From Neophaeotheca triangularis (Eukaryota), in assembly GCA_054600435.1 (NCBI GenBank), contig BAAIJX010000026.1:1-64000 (forward strand): a stretch of DNA of 64,000 nucleotides, in the 5' to 3' direction. Numbering within the stretch: position 1 is the first letter of the stretch; every line of letters begins with the position of its first letter. A program made the position numbers and the translations under genes. Shown here one piece after another: positions 59,719-64,000 of this stretch. The notes under the pieces are model-generated. The model was given only the letters and a program-made list of their open reading frames with translations, was not told where the DNA came from and searched no databases.

Positions 59719-62409
59719 ATGTCTTCCAACCTCCCTGTCGACACCTCTTCGCCTTCTCCGCTGATATCCAAATTAGCGGAGAATCGTGCAGACAGTACAC
59801 CGTCGCGCAACACCCCTGCTAAGCCTCTATCCGGTCCCGGAGCTTCACGCCAAAGTAGACGATTACAGCTGAGGAATGCTGGCTTTCGTGGACCGACCAT
59901 GCCTTCTCGCAAAGTGACGCCGAAGGCTTCATCAGACATTACGGCGGACACACTCACATCGCATAGCAAAGATCGTTCGCCCTCAGAGGAAACTGAGAAT
60001 TACGCTCCGTCTGCGTCTATCAGGGTGCCGTCTGGCAATATGGCGCTTGGGGGCTTGCAAGTCGGCAAAACACGACGGACTTCAGGAGGCATCCTTCAGG
60101 AAATAAGAAGCCCCGGCTCACTCACTGGACGACAGAGTATTGGCAAAAAGGCCAAGCCAAGACCAAGCACAGGAAATTTTGTCGTGCAGAGTCCCAACGA
60201 CCCCGTGGCTCCGCGCAATGACTACGATGCCGCATTCACTGCGCACGAAACGCTCCTGTCGTCCCCGCCCCCTCCAACTTCGCATAAACATAGTATCAAA
60301 CCGAAGAAAACCAAGTCGCGAGCTAGGATACCGAACAAACAGCGCCGATCCGTCAGCGCTGAAGCGAGCAAATACATCGAAGCTTTAGAAGCGGAACTCG
60401 CCTCGACCCAATCGCAACTTTCTGCCGTCAACTCGCCAAGCGTGACGAGGCGACAAAAAAGCGCTATGCGTTCTCTCAACGCGGAGACGAGACAGCTGGA
60501 AGTCGAGATCGCAGAGTGGGAAGAGCGATACGATGAGAGGATACAGGAGGAGGCGGACCGCTTCGCTGAGATTGAAGCAGGCTTACGCGCTAACATTCGC
60601 TCTCTGGAACAGCAAGCGGAGGAGGGAACTTATAGGCTACAAGAACTGGAGTTGGAATTGGAGAATGCCAGGGACAGTCTAGAGTCAGCCGAGCAGGCTA
60701 ATGTGCATATGGAAAGGCGGCTGGAGATCATGGGGGAGCTATTGGCTACCTCGCCTACGAAAATCGACTTTACAACACCTGGTGCCGTGAGAAGGAACCG
60801 TCACCAACGTCCCAAGAGTATGATGCCGCGTTTCCCGACGGCAGGATCGCTCAGGGGGAGTCCGGAAAGAATCCCGCGAACCCAACCGACAAGTCCGGAC
60901 ATGGCGTTTGGCTACAGACGTGCCCCTTCGGCTGCTCCTTCGGCTGGCGACAACATCCACCAAGGATTGAGCATCGACACCTCCCTGCCGATCTCGGATC
61001 TGAGCTCAGATGGTGGGTCTGTCTTCTCAGAGGCGCCTATGACTGGTGATAGCATGACCACGGCGGGACCGGACACGCTCTCTTTATCCCGCACATCGTC
61101 GCATTTCGAGCCGCACGCCTTCAAAAAACCTACCCGTCGGATGCGGAGGTTTCACGCGGGCAGCATAGGTCCCAAACCCCTCATTTTACCTGCTACATCT
61201 CATTACGAGAGTGTGCCTGCTTCCGCCCCGCCGTTGGAAGAGCACCATGGATTCGCATTCCCTCCACCAGAGTTACTGCAGCCCGTTCACGGTCAGGGAC
61301 CCGAGGATTTGTCTGGCCATAGCCCGATAGTAGCTCGTCGACGAGCGTCTACGGAAGCCGACGAGACTACCATGGCAAGCTTGGAAGCGGCACCTTTCCT
61401 GAGTTTGCCGCAGACACACCAGAGTACAGGACTCGGTGGATTTGAAGACAGCTCGATGGGACCCAACTCCGCCGTCTCGCAAGCGACGACTAGGAACTTC
61501 TCCAGTCTCGGGTCAGTCCTGGGTCGCAATTTGATGGAAGAGCTAAGCAAAGCACGCACAAACGAGACCGAAGACCCCTGGAGCACCACCGGCGGCGCCA
61601 GCAGTGACCCAGACGAAACAAACATGCAAGAAGAACCAGCCGCTCTACAGAACACCGCCCACAGCAGCAGCACCAACGACGCCCTCGCCTCGCGCCCAAC
61701 CTCCAGCACAATCCTCCCCCTCGCCTCCTCCCCTTCCACTACTACCGCAACCACTTCCAAATCCTCAACCCCAACGCACCGCCAAACCCTCCACCAGCTC
61801 TTCGCAAACCTCTTCCGCACCCCACTAGCCCTCGCACGCCACGTCATCCAAAACGCCCAAAGCTGGGGCAGCGCCTTCTCCATCCCCGCACCCCTGCGCA
61901 ACGTGCAATGGTGGCTCGTAGGCGTCCTCTTAGGCCCCATGGCCAAGCGCCGCATGCTGCTCTCCCGACGCCCGACAGAGCTCGAGGGGGAGCGCACACC
62001 TATTCTCCGCAGCCCGGACAGCGAGAACGAAAGCAGCGGGTACGGCACTTTCCCCTCACCAACAGTGGCCTCCTCGCCTGACCCTTTGAGCGGTCCCGTC
62101 ACCACACTGCCCCGGCCTCGCCATCATCACCACCGTCGAAAGCTCTCCCATCGTTCCGCCGGCTGTAGCAAAAGTGATCGCAGTTGTGCTTGCGACAACT
62201 CTGGGGCCCTTGCAAAGCAGCGCGAGCGAAGCAAGCACTCGCCCTGGTTGTGGCTGAGATTCAGTCTTACGCTTGCTTTCGCCGTTGGCGCGGCTTTTAC
62301 CCAGGGGCCGGGGAGTCTGCTGGCTTGTCCGGGTGGGATCGCAGGTGGTGGCAGGATATTAAGGGGCAGGGGATTGAGTGAAGAGGCGGATCGGGAGGTT
62401 GAGGGGTGA
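59719..62409 (+). CDS. Hypothetical protein with central coiled coil and C-terminal hydrophobic segments
   Basis: About 896-aa ORF; heptad-rich YIEALEAEL...MERRLE; WWLVGVLLGPM and WLWLRFSLTLAFAVGAAF. Confidence 0.8.
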   Translation: MSSNLPVDTSSPSPLISKLAENRADSTPSRNTPAKPLSGPGASRQSRRLQLRNAGFRGPTMPSRKVTPKASSDITADTLTSHSKDRSPSEETENYAPSASIRVPSGNMALGGLQVGKTRRTSGGILQEIRSPGSLTGRQSIGKKAKPRPSTGNFVVQSPNDPVAPRNDYDAAFTAHETLLSSPPPPTSHKHSIKPKKTKSRARIPNKQRRSVSAEASKYIEALEAELASTQSQLSAVNSPSVTRRQKSAMRSLNAETRQLEVEIAEWEERYDERIQEEADRFAEIEAGLRANIRSLEQQAEEGTYRLQELELELENARDSLESAEQANVHMERRLEIMGELLATSPTKIDFTTPGAVRRNRHQRPKSMMPRFPTAGSLRGSPERIPRTQPTSPDMAFGYRRAPSAAPSAGDNIHQGLSIDTSLPISDLSSDGGSVFSEAPMTGDSMTTAGPDTLSLSRTSSHFEPHAFKKPTRRMRRFHAGSIGPKPLILPATSHYESVPASAPPLEEHHGFAFPPPELLQPVHGQGPEDLSGHSPIVARRRASTEADETTMASLEAAPFLSLPQTHQSTGLGGFEDSSMGPNSAVSQATTRNFSSLGSVLGRNLMEELSKARTNETEDPWSTTGGASSDPDETNMQEEPAALQNTAHSSSTNDALASRPTSSTILPLASSPSTTTATTSKSSTPTHRQTLHQLFANLFRTPLALARHVIQNAQSWGSAFSIPAPLRNVQWWLVGVLLGPMAKRRMLLSRRPTELEGERTPILRSPDSENESSGYGTFPSPTVASSPDPLSGPVTTLPRPRHHHHRRKLSHRSAGCSKSDRSCACDNSGALAKQRERSKHSPWLWLRFSLTLAFAVGAAFTQGPGSLLACPGGIAGGGRILRGRGLSEEADREVEG

Positions 62410-63191
62410 AGGGGTGCAGGGGTGATGCGTGGTGGCTGGGGTTTTGTGCGTGTTGGTTGGGGCGTTAGGGGGCGGCTTATGTTGTCGTTGTCGTTGTCGT
62501 TGTTGTTGTTGTTGTTTCTTGCGGATTTCTGAGGGGGTTGCGTTTGAAGCGGGTTTTTGTTCTTCTGACGAATTCAATTCCAGGATACCTCTGCGGCGGG
62601 ACTTGCTATGATTATGTATGAGTATTACGGCCATTAGTTGCATCTGGGTTACATGCTTTGATCACGAATCATTGTTGTCGCGGGTTTTGTGTATTTTGCT
62701 ATGTGATCGGTTCTACGCTCGCATCGAAGGGGGTACAGTAGTAGTTCCGTCAAAAAGTGGCTATTTCAAGGCAGCCGTTTCTCTAATTGCTAGTCGATAG
62801 CGATGTTGTTGTTGATTGATGAGTCTGCCGAGACTGTAGAGACGTGCACGTCTGAGGCCCTACTCTATTCTTTTGATCCTCCACCAATCAAGCCTAGTCC
62901 TCCGCTAACTCACCAAACACCCGTAGCCGACGACTAGCACCCAAAGGAACGCTCCGGTAACCCATTATTTATCGACCCAAGCGAACAGCCAAAGACAACG
63001 TTAAGAATGGTTGTCCTCACTCCCCATCCATTGCTCGACAGCCAAAACTCTAACCCTTAGTAGACTCTCCGTCACCCGCACGGACTCTATCAAACGACTA
63101 AGAAAGCTACAGCTAGTAAATCCCCACTGCTTGCTTCCTCAGCACGGGCCGAAAGAACAGCAAAAAGAGAAGAAAAAAAAAAGAGCAAAAA

Positions 63192-63310
63192 AGATACAAC
63201 AGGTGGGATTCCCACGTGGTCACCCACCGTAGTACTAATCACCCGCTTCAGTGCTTGAATATGGCAGAGCGGACGGGATGCCTTAGCTTCACTGAGCTGT
63301 GGTCGTATCT
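63192..63310 (-). rRNA. Dispersed 5S rRNA gene (119 nt)
   Basis: AGATACGACC...TCCCGTCCGCTC...TAGTAC...GTTGTATCT followed by a T-run terminator. Helices I-V pair, and a TATA-like element (TATATAAA) lies about 25-30 nt upstream. Confidence 0.95.
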
Positions 63311-63389
63311 GAAAGGTGCCGCTGCATTTGCGTTTATATACATTTTCAAAAAGAAGGTGCGATCGAGGAGATGGCTAACAGCGTAGACA

Positions 63390-64000
63390 TGTGTTAACTA
63401 ACTTAGCTCAAGATATACCGTGACTCGGACTCGAGTACTTAGTAGTAACCTTCAGCTGGCTAGCTACCAGCTCTCGAAGCACAAATTCCGCTAACCCACA
63501 AGCTCTAGCTCGCCGTCAAATAGCCCCTATAATGTAACTCCGAGTCCCCGGACCGTGTGGAAATGCGTTGGCACCTCTTACCGACCGCTTTCGCCTATAG
63601 TCGAGAGCTTGAAGGCTCGGCTATGGATTAGTTGTCTCCAATTGACGCTACTATACGGCTGCGTTTCCACGTTCCTCGGATCGAGGGTTTACTAGGAACG
63701 TCCCAAGCGCGAGTCGGGGCTAGACTTGGTTTAGACGACGCTGACCTCGAGTCGAGGTATACTTGAATACTCTAGCTAGACATCAGTAACCGCGAGGCAA
63801 AGTCTTTCGGTCTTTCTAGTTGATCGTGGCATCTATCAACGGAGTTTGGTCGAGACTAAAAGTATATGATTTCTCTCTACCTTGCCCTACGGCTTAATCT
63901 TTTAACTGAGCGAGTCTAATCTCTCACGAACACCTCTTAACGTCCGTGGCCTATGAATATCATCTAAACCACCGTGTAATCACCGACCTATCGATCGAAC
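63390..64000. mobile_element. Possible RIP-touched LTR-like relic running off the window
   Basis: Begins at TGTGTTAAC, is TpA-enriched, lacks ORFs and has a TATA-like motif near 63860. No second copy is visible in the window. Confidence 0.3.

Noticed and set aside
1..64000. Starship element
   Set aside because: No tyrosine-recombinase captain or typical auxiliary genes recognised, and the 5S gene is uninterrupted.
1..64000. tRNA genes
   Set aside because: The few GTTCGA words seen (e.g. about 10589, 11244, 24993) lack cloverleaf context; tRNAscan-SE would be needed to exclude them fully.

Overview
Eukaryotic genomic DNA from a filamentous ascomycete, probably a Dothideomycete (inferred from gene content and style). 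The evidence is short GT-AG introns with CTRAC branch sites, a Zn2Cys6 factor, RIP-type mutation and a dispersed 5S gene. About 20 protein genes are supportable: a BuGZ/ZNF207-like zinc finger, Y14/RBM8A, a Zn2Cys6 transcription factor, a C2H2+ankyrin protein, a DUF3405-like protein, an Srk1/Rck2 kinase, an alpha-dioxygenase-like heme peroxidase, a DUF2231-like membrane protein, GH76, an Hmt1 ABC half-transporter, a LaeA-like methyltransferase, a stand-alone FolB-like protein, UGP1 and several orphans. The most notable object is a complete 5.6-kb RIP-inactivated DNA transposon at 18131-23744. It has perfect 39-bp TIRs, a CCTTAG target duplication, an IS3EU-like integrase-core (DDE) transposase, two further decayed genes (one Cys6 + coiled-coil) and an internal 3-unit repeat array. 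Also notable are a strong hairpin in the long first intron of UGP1, and a divergent but foldable 5S rRNA gene with a possible LTR-like relic about 80 bp upstream. All calls come from manual reading; no database searches were run.
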